22,231 bases of DNA, taken from Octopus sinensis. Lineage: Eukaryota. The notes beneath the pieces were generated by a model. The model was not told the origin of the DNA. It saw nothing but the letters and a program-made list of their open reading frames with translations, and ran no database searches. Made by a program: the position numbers and the translations under genes. Where the stretch lies: positions 1 through 22,231 of the forward strand of contig NW_021823669.1 of the NCBI RefSeq assembly GCF_006345805.1, given 5' to 3'. Shown here piece after piece: positions 1 through 10,987 of the stretch. Position 1 is the stretch's first letter. Every line of letters begins with the position of its first letter.

Positions 1-85
1 ATTAAATTTAGGTCATTCTTCTTTATTATCCATTTACAGATTAATCTACATGTATAGTACGAAAATACAAATATTTAAATTGCCC
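1..85 (+). mobile_element. Right-end fragment of the same mariner-like element as 110..1194
   Basis: Aligns with 1084..1175 (attaaatttaggtcattcttctttattatcc...), with several single-base deletions. Confidence 0.7.
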
Positions 86-177
86 ATCACATTATCCGCA
101 CTGCTTATACAGGGTGTCTATAGAATCATGGTACAATGATACAAAATTACTTCATTCAGAGCTCAAACTATTAGAAC

Positions 178-751
178 TGGGCCGTTGCCAGCCTCGCCTG
201 GCCCCCGTGCCAGTGGCATGTAAAAGCACGACCCACCGGGCCGTTGCCAGCCCCGTGCCGGTGGCATGTGAAAAGCACCACCCGACCGTGGCCGTTGCCA
301 GCCTCGCCGGCCCCGTGCTAGTGGCACGTAAAAGGCATCACCCGACCGTAGCTGTTGCCAGCGCCGCCCTGACTGGCCTCCGTGCCGTGGCACATAAAAG
401 CCTCATCCGATCGGGCCGTTGCCAGCGTCGCCTGGCCCCGTGTCGGTGGCACGTAAAAAGCACCATCTGTCCGTGGCCGTTTGCCAGCCCGGCTGGCACC
501 TGTGCAGGTGGCACATAAAAAGCCTCATCCGATCGTGGCCGTTGCCAGCGTCGCCTGGCCCCCGTGTCGGTGGCACGTAAAAAGCACCCGCTACGCTCAC
601 GGAGTGGTTGGCGTTAGGAAGGGCATCCAGCCGTAGAAACACTGCCAGATCAGACTGGGCCTGGTGCAGCCTTCTGGCTTCTCAGACACCAGTTGAACCG
701 TCCAACCCATGCTAGCAGGGAAAACGGATGCTAAATGATGATGATGATGAT
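178..751 (+). mobile_element. SINE family A with 7 tandem 5' subrepeats and a (GAT)n tail
   Basis: Body ggagtggttggcgttaggaagggcatccagc...ccaacccatgctagc recurs many times in the window; 7 gtggcacgtaaaaagc-like units. Confidence 0.8.
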
Positions 752-811
752 AGGGAATACAATTTACACTAGATGGTGTACCTTGGCACTTGCTCTGCAA
801 GTTAAGCTGTT

Positions 812-1088
812 CTCTAAATGTGATTTTCCCATCAGTCGGATTGGAAGAGGTGGACCATTATTTTGGCCTCCGCATTCACCAGATTTGACTTCATTGGATT
901 TCTTTTTATGGAGACTTGTAAAAATTATTATTTATTCAACTAAGCATCAATCTTTAGGAGACTTGAAAGCAAGGATAACTGATGTGATTGAAGGCGTTAC
1001 TGAAGATCAGCTGGAAAATGTTTTCTGAGAACTCCAGAATTGTATTTCTCTTTGTATTAGTAATGATGGTGAACATGTTGAAAATTAA
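812..1088 (+). pseudogene. Decayed C-terminal fragment of a mariner-type (DDD) transposase
   Basis: RIGRGGPLFWPPHSPDLTSLDFFLW matches the WIGRGG...WPPRSPDLxPLDFFLWG signature. Stop at 1026-1028, frameshift upstream, and the frame ends DGEHVEN*. Confidence 0.85.
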
Positions 1089-1260
1089 ATTTAGGTCATT
1101 CTTCTTTATTATCCATTTTACAAATTAATTCTATCGTGTATAGTTACGAAGATACGAATATTTTAAATTGCACCATGACTTTATGGACACCCTGTGTGTG
1201 TGTGTGTATGTATATGAAAAAAAACAAGGAGAGAAAAAAATGTGTGTAGTGGCCCTACGA

Positions 1261-1375
1261 TCGATCATATAGGTATAGATAGATATATATATATAGATCT
1301 ATATATTATATATAGATAATATAGATATATTATATATATGATAGATCTATATAGGTATATCCATCTATAGTGGTC

Positions 1376-1406
<31 letters not shown>

Positions 1407-3100
1407 ATAATATATAATATTATATCTATAGATGATATATCATATATATCGATATATAGATATTCTATAGCTCTATATGATATCTATCATATTATCTATA
1501 TACTATATATAATATATCTAGATATGATATATCATATATATCTATATAATATATATATATACTATAGATATATCATCTATATCACTATAATAGAGTTCTA
1601 ATATGATTATCATATATCAATATATATCTATATATGATATATCATATATTATCAATATATCTATATATATCTATCTATGATATATCATAGATCAATAGAT
1701 ATATATATGCTATAAAACAAAACAGCCCCAGCATAAGGTATGATGAGATATAGCTATATATTATATATCATTGATATCATATAAGATCATATATATAGAT
1801 ATCATATATATCAATCTAATATATATATTATATATATATATATATCTAATTATATATGATATCTATTAATAGATATATATATATATATGAGATAGCATAT
1901 ATATATATAGATATATAGATATATGATATATATAATATCTGATCTTATATATAGGAGATGATATATATATTATGTATATATATATATATGATATCTCATA
2001 TATATATATATCTATATATATATGATATATCATATATATATATATATATTATATCTATATGACTATATCATATATATAAATCTATATATATATATGAGAT
2101 ATATCATAATATATATATATTATAATATAGATATATCAATAATCTTAGATATATATATATATATGATATATCAGATATATATATATATATATTATATATA
2201 TATAATCTCTATATACTCTCTCTATAATATATATATATGATTATATCATATATAGATATATATATATATATATATATGATATATCATATATGATATAATA
2301 TATTATATATGACTATATCATATATATTTATAGATATATATATATATATAGCATATATATAATATATATATATATATATAGTGATATATCATATATATAT
2401 AGATATCTCTAATATGAGATATCTCATATATAATATATCATATATATATATTATATAATATATATATGATATAATCAGATATATATATATATATAATATA
2501 TATATGATATATCATATATATATTATCTATATATATATGATAGATCATAAGATATCTAATATATATATATATATGATTATCATAATATTATATATATATA
2601 TAATATGATATATCATATATATATAATTATATATATATATATATATCATATATAGATATCTATATATCTATGATATATCTATATCTATATATATATAATA
2701 TATATATAATTATCATATATACTATATATATATATATATATGATAATATCATATATTATATATAATATATGATATATCATATATAGATATATATATATAT
2801 ATATATATGATATATCATATATATATAAACTATATATATATATCTCTTTATATATATATATATATATAGATATATGATCTATATATATATATCATATTAT
2901 AGATATATATATATCGTATATATATATTATATATCTGATATCTATATCTAATATATCTATATGATATATCAATATATATCTATACGATATATATAAACAT
3001 ATATATAATATATATATATATCATATATTCATGATATGATCTATATATATATAGGATATATCATATATCATATATATATATATATTATAATATATCATAT

Positions 3101-3138
<38 letters not shown>

Positions 3139-4308
3139 TCCTATATATATATATATCTATATATATATATATCATATATATATATATATTATATATATAG
3201 ATATATATATATATATATCTATAATTATATATATATATATATATATATATGATCTATCATATATATATATATATATATATAAGTATGATATATCATATAT
3301 ATACTATATATATATATAGAATATATCATATATATATATTATATATTCTATATAATGATATCAATTATATTCATATAAATATATATATATATGATATACA
3401 TTTATATATATATATATATAATATAATATATATATATATATAGTATATTATCTCCTATATCTATATCTATATATATATATCTATATAGATATATCATATC
3501 TAATATATAATATATGATGATTATATCTCTATATATATATATATCTATCTGATATATCATAGATAATATATATATATATATATGATATATCATATATCTA
3601 TATATATATATATATATCTATGATATCATTAATATATATATATACTATATATATATGATATATCCTATATATTTATATATATAATATGATATATCATATT
3701 ATCTATTATATATGATAATATATATATATCAATATATATATATATATATATGATATCTCATATATATATATATATATATAATATATATGATATATCATAT
3801 TCTATATATCTATATATATATTGATATATCAATATATATATATATATATATCTATGATATCTCATATAATATCTATATTATATATATATAATGATATATC
3901 AATATATATCTATATAATATATATATCTATATCATATCTTAATATATATATGATTATATCTATATATATATATACTATATATATGATATATCATATATAT
4001 ATATTTTATTATATATATATATATATATATATATCATATATATATTATATATATATATATATGATATTCATATATTAATATATATATATATATATGATAT
4101 ATCATATATAATATATATGATATATCATAATATCAATATAATATATATATATATATGATATACATATATATCAATATATAATATATATATATATATGATA
4201 TATCATATATTCAATATATATATATATATATATGATATATCATATATATCAATATATATATATATATATATATGATATATCATATATATCAATATATATA
4301 TATATCTA
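1261..4308. repeat. ~3-kb degenerate AT-rich minisatellite with palindromic core atatgatatatcatat
   Basis: Almost only A/T; clean ~35-40 bp units at 4085..4300 and noisy upstream. Confidence 0.9.
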
Positions 4309-4550
4309 TTTATTGTGTCTGGGGAACACCATTCTGTTTTAATGCCTTATTAACACCCTCACCAGTTCAATTTTCACTCATTTATTTATTTTTTTCTAAA
4401 ATTTTTATTGCTTCTTGCAACCTCTTCAATAGTTGTTGAGAGTCAACAGCTGTTGAAGAGGTTACAAGAAGAAACGAGTGGAAATTGAACCGGTGAGTGT
4501 GTTAATTAATAAGTCATTAAAACAGAATGACACTCTCCAGGCCCAATAAA
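4309..4550. mobile_element. Foldback/palindromic MITE-like element
   Basis: The arms are reverse complements over nearly the whole length, with the centre at ttga-GAG-tcaa (4436-4446). Confidence 0.75.
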
Positions 4551-4801
4551 ATATGCTTCAACACACGAATTCACATAAAGAATCTTGCAAACTAAATACA
4601 AAAATGATGTAGATATTGATAAAATAATCAGTACAAGTTACAGATTGACTTGGTGGGGTGAGAGATTTGTGCCTTGGCATTTGTCAGATTACTTTCTAAT
4701 CAGTGGGATATATATTTATGAAACTAGTTTGGTGAAATGTGTGTATATATCATTTTATCTAGTTTCAGCTCACGAGCTGTGGCCATGCTGGGGCACCGCC
4801 A

Positions 4802-4840
4802 TTATATATATGTGTGTATATATATATATGTGTGTGTGTG

Positions 4841-4871
<31 letters not shown>

Positions 4872-4880
4872 ATATATATA

Positions 4881-4929
<49 letters not shown>

Positions 4930-5068
4930 ATATATATATGTGTGTGTGTGTGTGTGTATATATATATGTGTGTGTGTGTGTATGTGTATATATGTGTGTG
5001 TGTGTATATATGTGTGTGTGTGTGTGTATATATGTGTGTGTGTATATGTGTGTGTGTGTATATATATC
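4802..5068. repeat. Compound (TA)n(TG)n microsatellite
   Basis: Alternating TA and TG runs. Confidence 0.95.
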
Positions 5069-5153
5069 TATCGATCTATCACCCACACTTTCTAATTGCT
5101 CTCTCCCACTCTCATTGTTATATAGTCTAATTTATTTTTCTTTTTGTTGTTAG

Positions 5154-5274
5154 TGATAACTTCACCAAGCTACGTCTGATCCTGATGAGAGGTTTGGATA
5201 CTGTTCGTCTGACTGAGGGCCATGGCATGTCTGCCTCTCTTATCCTCCATGTGGCACGGACCTTACAGAACAAG
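5154..5274 (+). CDS. RANBP2: RanBP2/Nup358 internal coding exon A (DNFTKLRLILMRGLDTVRLTEGHGMSASLILHVARTLQNK)
   Basis: Pyrimidine tract + TAG acceptor at 5151-5153 and GTAATA donor at 5275. The peptide resembles human RanBP2 as recalled (KLRLLVQHEINTLRAQEKHGLQPALLVHWAECLQK). Ends in phase 0. Confidence 0.9.
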
Positions 5275-5514
5275 GTAATATGATAAACCTTCTTTCTAAT
5301 CATTTTTCTTTCCTCATATATGTTTGTGTGGACATTACAATCAGTATGGTATGCTATATATAAAGATGGGTAGATAGTGATGCAGATAAAATAGTCTTGA
5401 TAAACTTAAAAATACACACACACGCACATTCAGTAGTGAGTGGTGACAGCGATTGTTTTGTGTTTTTAAATACTTAACATATTGCATGTTGATACATAAA
5501 TCACAAGAAAAGTT

Positions 5515-5923
5515 GCATCTTTTCGGTTTGAACGACAGTTTTTTCTAGCGGTGTCATATGAAATTGTCACCCATAATTATGACCCTAGAATCGATCTATT
5601 GCATTTCAATCTCTGTTAGGGTTAGGGGTGGGGGAAGGGTATCTTTTTTTCTTCACAAATGTAAATAAACCCAATCTGTTTCTTAAACGAGAGACATATT
5701 CATACGGCACAGAAAGCTTTTTAACTCAATAGACGGCACTGATTGGTTGAAATTTCTGAAATTGAAGAAAAAAAAACAACAAATATCTTACAAACTATAG
5801 AATTTTCTCAATAAAGCCAAGAGAAAAAAATGTTTTATAAACACATTCTACCAGTATATGAAGTAAAATTCTTTAGTTACCTAGAAATTATGTTAAAAAC
5901 TGCCGTTCAAACCGAAAAGATCC
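5515..5923. mobile_element. MITE with ~27-29 bp TIRs and an 8-bp TSD (Merlin- or hAT-like)
   Basis: TIR atcttttcggtttgaacg[a/g]cagttttt at 5517-5543 and 5895-5921; TSD gaaaagtt at 5507-5514 and 5924-5931. Confidence 0.85.
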
Positions 5924-5932
5924 GAAAAGTTA

Positions 5933-6079
5933 ATACATAAGTACATACTCATTGTTAAATTAAAAGTGAGAGAGAGGAGGGACACAGAAGAAGTGAAAGA
6001 GAAAGCAAGAGAGTGACAGTAGATACTTAGATCCAAAGAAAAGTTGATACATAGAAACAGCAAATATTGGATGTCACTT
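5933..6079 (+). repeat. Donor copy of a ~147-bp locally duplicated segment
   Basis: Near-identical to 6769..6918. Confidence 0.9.
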
Positions 6080-6111
6080 TCACTTTTATCACACTATGAT
6101 AAAATTAACTT

Positions 6112-6465
6112 GGAAGTGGCTGAGTACTCCATGACATGCATATCATTAACATAGTTCTCAGGCCGACCAAAGCCTTGTGAATGAATTTAGTAGACGGAAA
6201 CTGAAAGAAGCCCATCATGTGTGTGGCTTGTGGGACGGAACATTCTTCTGGTATTCTTTTATTCTTTTACTTGTTTGTCATTTGATAGTGGCCATGCTGG
6301 AGCACTGCCTTTTAGTTGAAGAAATCGACCCCTGGACTTATATATGTATTTGTTTGTGTCTGTGTTTATGTCCCTGTAACTTAGCGGCTCAGCGAAAGAG
6401 ACTGATAGAATATGTACTAGGCTTACAAAGCGTAAGTCCTTGGGCTATTTGTTCAATAAAAGGTA
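6112..6465. mobile_element. Mosaic of SINE fragments
   Basis: ggccgaccaaagccttgtga...gaaactgaaagaagccc and cctgtaacttagcgg motifs shared with other copies in the window. Confidence 0.55.
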
Positions 6466-6550
6466 AAGAATGGTTGAGGACCCCTGCTTTAATAGAAAGT
6501 ATTATTATTGTCTTTCAACTCCCTGTTTTGTTATTTTTTTCTATTGACAG

Positions 6551-6672
6551 GCTTCCCAATTAAAGACGGAACTTGAAAATGGTCATGGGTCTTTCAATAA
6601 ACTCGAGAATATTGAAGAAAGAGCTGCTTATTATTGGCAAGCAGCTTTACCTTTACTACAGAGGCTACAGAA
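6551..6672 (+). CDS. RANBP2: RanBP2 exon B (ASQLKTELENGHGSFNKLENIEERAAYYWQAALPLLQRLQ)
   Basis: CAG acceptor and GTAAGG donor; phase 0 in, phase 2 out. RAAYYWQAALPLL resembles human RSVHYWKKVLPLL. Confidence 0.9.
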
Positions 6673-6711
6673 GTAAGGAATTTAGTCTTTTTTATTCTAA
6701 TACATCATTGT

Positions 6712-7078
6712 AGTTAGTCCGTCGATGCGACGAAGACCATCTAGTCATCCTGGGGTGAGGCTGGGCTTGATACATAGGTACATACACACATTGTTAAATT
6801 AAAAGTGAGACAGAGGAGGGACACAGAAGAAGTGAAAGACAAAGCAAGAGAGTGACAGTAGATACTTAGATCCAAAGAAAAGTTGATACATAGAAACAGC
6901 AAATATTGGATGTCACTTATGAGTCCGCGGATGGCTAGTGAGGCCAATCTGCGCCCGAAAGAGTCTTTGACAGTGCGGACAAGGAATGGTAGCACCTGCT
7001 ACAGGGTTGTTAGCTCTGTTCTTCCTGGCTTGTCATCGGACTTCTGCAGCAGCGATCCTGTTGGTCTCGCATGTGTTG
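6712..7078 (-). mobile_element. 3' end of an RTE-type LINE, interrupted by the 6769..6918 insert
   Basis: The minus strand translates ETNRIAAAEVR*QARK...CPHCQRLFRAQIGLTSHPRTH, a decayed C-terminal C2H2 finger typical of RTE-1 ORFs. The frame continues KPSLTPG* after the insert, followed by a short 3' UTR. Confidence 0.8.
6769..6918 (+). repeat. Inserted copy of 5933..6079
   Basis: Sits inside the LINE remnant with ctt at both junctions. Confidence 0.9.
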
Positions 7079-7312
7079 GCATCATCATCATCATCATCAT
7101 CGTTTAGCATCCACTTTCCATGCTAGTATGGGTTGGACGGTTCAACTGGGGTCTGGGAAGCCAGAAGGCTGCATCAGGCCCAGTCTGATCTATCAATGTT
7201 TCTATGGCTGGATGCCCTTCCTAACGCCAACCACTCCGTGAGTGTAGTGGGTGCTTCTTACGTGCAAACGGCCACGGTCGAATGGTGCTTTTTATGTGCC
7301 AGACGGGGCTGG
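7079..7312 (-). mobile_element. SINE family A
   Basis: (CAT)n tail followed by the reverse complement of the family A body. Confidence 0.8.
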
Positions 7313-7481
7313 TAAATGTGTTACTGAAAATATGTTACTGGTTTTCGTTCAAACCGATGTGAATGAGAAAGCAATATTTTTGACAGAATAATCTTGAATG
7401 CTTAAGGGTTAAAGTTACCCTTAATTAAAACAGGGCTTTAATGGTAGTATTGAATCCATATTGATGCAAGATAAAGTAAAA

Positions 7482-7713
7482 AAGGCTGCGAGCTGGCAGA
7501 ACCGTTAGCACGCCGGGCGAAATGCGTAGCCGTATTTCGTCTGCCGTTACGTTCTGAGTTCAAATTCCGCTGAGGTCGACTTTGCCTTTCATCCTTTCGG
7601 GGTCAGTAAATTAAATACCAGTTACGCACTGGGGTCGACATAATTGACTCGATCCCTTTGTCTGTCCTTGTTTGTCCCCTCTTTGTTTAGCCCCTTGTGG
7701 GTAATAAAGAAAC
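7482..7713 (+). mobile_element. Full-length tRNA-derived SINE (family C) with a 13-bp TSD
   Basis: A-box-like tggcagaaccgt and B-box-like gagttcaaattcc; TSD agataaagtaaaa at 7469-7481 and 7714-7726. Confidence 0.85.
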
Positions 7714-7774
7714 AGATAAAGTAAAACTGCTGAAAAAAAATTAATAGTAGTGTTTCAGTATGTAAGCTGTGTGA

Positions 7775-7965
7775 TCATCATTGTCGTTTAATGTCCGCTT
7801 TCCATGCTGGCATGGGTTGGACGGTTTGACTGAGGGCTGGTGAGCCAGAAGACTGCACCACGCTCCAGTCTGCCCTTCTTAATGCCAACCACTCCAAGAG
7901 TGTAGTGGGTACTTTTATGTGCCACTGGCACAAGGGCCAGTCAGGCGACACTGGTAACGACTACA
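7775..7965 (-). mobile_element. SINE family A, diverged
   Basis: gtccgctttccatgctggcatgggttggacgg... Confidence 0.7.
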
Positions 7966-8074
7966 CTCAAATGGTGTTTTTTAGGTACCACCAGCACAAT
8001 AGGCATTCAGGAAGCAGTCACAAAAAACAAAGGCTATGCTGTTTACTATTAAAGATATTGGACTCAGCAAACCT

Positions 8075-8258
8075 AGGGTATGAATAATTTTAAACATGGC
8101 ATTTTATTTAAAATCCATGAATAAAATACTCCTGAAATGAAGAATTTTTTGAATTGTTGTTATTTGTTGGTCACATATAACTCCTAAACAAACTTGACAA
8201 AATGCATTCATTTCATCACAAAAATTAACAAGGGTATGAATAATTTTGAGGATGACTG
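8075..8258. mobile_element. One end of an IR/DR-type Tc1-like transposon
   Basis: 17-bp direct repeat agggtatgaataatttt at 8075 and 8231; terminus gactg followed by TA. Confidence 0.6.
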
Positions 8259-8316
8259 TACATGGTAATGCATGAGTGATTCAAACATTAAACTAATCTG
8301 AATGCTAAAGGATTAA

Positions 8317-8839
8317 CCCTTTCGTTACCAACCCGGCCGAAACCGACTCTGGCACTGAATTCAAATGTCTTGTTTTCAAAAGTTTGGAATTAAAAATCTT
8401 CCACCAAACCTTAGTCACAATTTCTGTTCCTAACACTAGCTGAATGATAACTAAGTTATTTTACTAAATTCTTTGTTATCACCGTGACCGACCAGGTATC
8501 AGATGTTGCTACACATTGCTGGTCACAATGCGCCTCGCATTGTTTTAGCCTTCAAATGACGCCACCCCGCTGGCTAAGCGAGCAGGCCAATAGAAGAAAG
8601 AGTAAGAGAAAGTTGTGGCGAAAGAGTACAGCAGGGATCGCCACCACCTCCTGCCGGAGCCTCGTGGAGCTTTAGGTGTTTTCGCTCAATAAACACTCAC
8701 AATGACTGGTCTGGGAATCGAAACCGCGAGTCTGCTGCCCTAACCACTGGGCCATTGCGGCCTCCACAAATTCTTTGTTATATTTAAAGTAATTGAAAGA
8801 AACACAGAGCATCTCAAAATAAATACAGTAACGAAAGGG
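8317..8839. mobile_element. piggyBac-like MITE with a nested SINE
   Basis: TTAA-ccctttcgttac ... gtaacgaaaggg-TTAA: perfect 12-bp TIR and TTAA TSD. Confidence 0.88.
8480..8767 (-). mobile_element. tRNA-derived SINE (family D) with a 14-bp TSD
   Basis: Minus-strand head with A-box tggcccagtgg and B-box-like gtttcgattccc; TSD aaattctttgttat at 8466-8479 and 8768-8781. Confidence 0.85.
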
Positions 8840-8955
8840 TTAAGGCTTGTTTTCAAATTTCTCGGTGCCTTTGACAAATCTAAAACATAATCTTTGTATT
8901 TTAATCATGTTATTCATTGCTTATTAAATTCTTTATTTCCATTTCTGTTTAACAG

Positions 8956-9157
8956 GAATTTGGTCCTCAAAATGCCAAAAGTTCGACTATTTCCTGATGA
9001 CTCTGACAATGAACTGGAAGCTGACCGTATCAAGGACCTGATCGGGGACTGCGAATACCACTTAGCCCTCAGCTTCATGTCCAAGGGTGACCATGAGGAA
9101 GCTATCAAGCGCTTTGAGTCCTTGTCAAACCCTTGGGCATCTTACCATACAGCACAG
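8956..9157 (+). CDS. RANBP2: RanBP2 exon C (KNLVLKMPKVRLFPDDSDNELEADRIKDLIGDCEYHLALSFMSKGDHEEAIKRFESLSNPWASYHTAQ)
   Basis: AACAG acceptor and GTATGT donor; phase 2 in, phase 0 out. EEAIKRFESLSNPWASY resembles human EDAVTAFESIKSVVSYW. Confidence 0.92.
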
Positions 9158-9287
9158 GTATGTTGGTTCTGATAGTGGTGGCACTGGTTGTTTAGCCACA
9201 GGTCACACTTGGCCAGACAAACAGTGGATCTAAAGTATTCCAGCTATGATCATTCCAACTTTTGTTTCAATAACTTTCTTAGTTTAA

Positions 9288-9408
9288 CCCTTAGCATTTA
9301 ATCCAGCCATATCTGGCCCAAATATTCTACCAGTTTTATGTTCAAACTGGTCAGGTTTGGCCTCTCATACCCACCCTACAATGTCATTCTAAAAATAAAG
9401 AATCCTGT
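9288..9408 (+). mobile_element. Left-end fragment of a piggyBac-like MITE
   Basis: TTAA-cccttagcatt, complementary to the aatgctaaag(g)gttaa ends near 7400, 8300 and 21940. Confidence 0.45.
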
Positions 9409-9439
9409 CATCTCTTTCACACTCACTTTCTCTCTACAG

Positions 9440-9592
9440 GTTTACCGCAAATTGGCATTGAATGAACAAAACACCACAAAGCAAGACGATGTGTCGCAGG
9501 ATAATCATCAGAGCCGCTACATTGCCTTACTGACAAAGGCCAAAGAAGCCCTATACATTACTCTGGATCGCTTAAAAGGCAACAAATCCCAT
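9440..9592 (+). CDS. RANBP2: RanBP2 exon D (VYRKLALNEQ...ALLTKAKEALYITLDRLKGNKSH)
   Basis: Pyrimidine tract + TACAG acceptor, GTGAGT donor; 153 nt, phase 0/0, open frame. Confidence 0.9.
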
Positions 9593-9949
9593 GTGAGTTC
9601 CCTTTTCATTGTCGTCACTTGTTAACATGTTTTATTGTATCTGGTTCTTTAAGGGACCATATTTATCTGCTTAAGCTTGTACTGTTCATCTTACGTCCCT
9701 AAATGAATTTAAATGATTTGGTCTTTTTTTTTTTTTTTTTTAATTTAGCAAACTGGCCCTTATATAGAAGTACATCCTTCCCTCAGAAATGATCTTTCGT
9801 CACTATAGTTTTTCAATAAGTTTTTCAGCAAACATCTAGAATTTAAGGGGCATAATTTATTCCTTGCACAGTTACAGAGACCTGTTCTTATTCTATTATC
9901 TATTGTGTTGTAGTTCTTACTATTTTTCTCTGCTGCTCTCGTTTCTATC

Positions 9950-10172
9950 GATCTACTACTTTTCCTAAGCTTTCTATCCATAGGTGTTTGTGTCTGTGTT
10001 TGTCCCCCGCCACTGCTTGACAACCGGTATTGGTTTGTTTAAGTCCCTGTAACTTTACAATTCAGTAATCCTCGGACCTATCAAGCTGATGGATCAGCCT
10101 CCAAGTCCTTTCAGTTTGTATCACTTGGGCCGATCAATCAGCCTGGATGTCCCAAGAGAGTTATAAGAGAAA
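9950..10172 (+). repeat. 223-bp chimeric segment (SINE fragment + unidentified ~100 bp), copy 1
   Basis: 12 substitutions and no indels versus 12945..13167. Confidence 0.9.
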
Positions 10173-10354
10173 TCAGAACACTAAGGGGTTAAATAACATA
10201 AGTGCTATAAATGTGACAGTGCAAAATAGATGGCAGTATTGGTAAATTTCAGTAACAGGCCGTGGTGGTTAACATGTTAAAATAGCAATGTGTATATGTT
10301 TTACACAAGTTGTTTTATTTTTTTTATTTTCTAATTGATTAATTTTATTTTTTC

Positions 10355-10626
10355 ATTAATTTTAATCATTTTTTAAAATTAAATTTTTTAATTATCTTTT
10401 AATTGTCCAATTAATTTTAATCATTTTTAAAATTAATCTTTTAATTGTCCAATTAATTTTAATCATTAAAAAAAAATTTTTAATTGTCCAATTAATTTTA
10501 ATTATTTTTAAAACTAATTTTTTAATTATCTTTTAATTGTCCAATTAATTTTAATCATTTTTTAAAAATTAATTTTTTAATTATCTTTTAAGTGTCCAAT
10601 TAATTTAAATTATTTTTAAAAACTAA
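10355..10626. repeat. AT-rich minisatellite, ~40-58 bp units anchored on tgtccaattaatt
   Basis: The anchor occurs five times between about 10404 and 10600. Confidence 0.85.
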
Positions 10627-10663
10627 ATGTTCTAATTTATATATTTTCAAATCTTCCCTGCAG

Positions 10664-10736
10664 CAATTAAATCTGGTAATTTACGAGGAAATAGATGACA
10701 TTGAATTTCTTCTGACTCGCCTTGCTATCAACAATG
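10664..10736 (+). CDS. RANBP2: RanBP2 exon E (QLNLVIYEEIDDIEFLLTRLAINN)
   Basis: TCTTCCCTGCAG acceptor, GTAAAT donor; 73 nt, phase 0 in, phase 1 out, matching exon F. Confidence 0.85.
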
Positions 10737-10987
10737 GTAAATATATCTCTTTCTTCCTGTGTCCCTGTATTCTTTGATCCTATGTCTTCCCTGGTTGAAC
10801 ATGCCTATCATAAAATGCATTCCATCTGTGATCATCCCTTTTATTCACACACACACCTGCCACCCTTGATGTCTTGGTCCCCATTGTAATGCACCCATAC
10901 TCTTTCAACTCTTTTGCTTTAAAATTATCTTCCATCAAAAGTCATGCTAATTTATATTCCAAACACAGTTTTAATAAAGAGAAAATT

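Larger units (their letters stand above)
110..1194 (+). mobile_element. Internally deleted Tc1/mariner-superfamily DNA transposon with a nested SINE
   Basis: 28-bp TIRs (110-137 and 1167-1194; 24/28 match), TA on the left, and a transposase remnant inside. Confidence 0.85.

Noticed and set aside
178-600. CRISPR-like repeat array
   Set aside because: Eukaryotic context; units are wholly similar, with no unique spacers.
114-800. ORFs of 67-134 aa
   Set aside because: Read through the SINE A tandem subrepeats; no protein signature.
2022-5153. Ile/Tyr- and Cys/Val-rich ORFs
   Set aside because: Translations of (AT)n and (TG)n repeats.
5615-5628. Interstitial telomere
   Set aside because: Only two TTAGGG units, inside a MITE.
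7484-7580. tRNA gene (also 8690..8767 and the family B heads)
   Set aside because: A/B boxes are present but there is no full cloverleaf; they continue into SINE bodies with TSDs.
10060-10165. Twister ribozyme or H/ACA snoRNA
   Set aside because: gtcccaag and an ANANNA-like hinge occur, but there is no P4 stem/P2 arrangement for twister and no terminal ACA box on the host strand.
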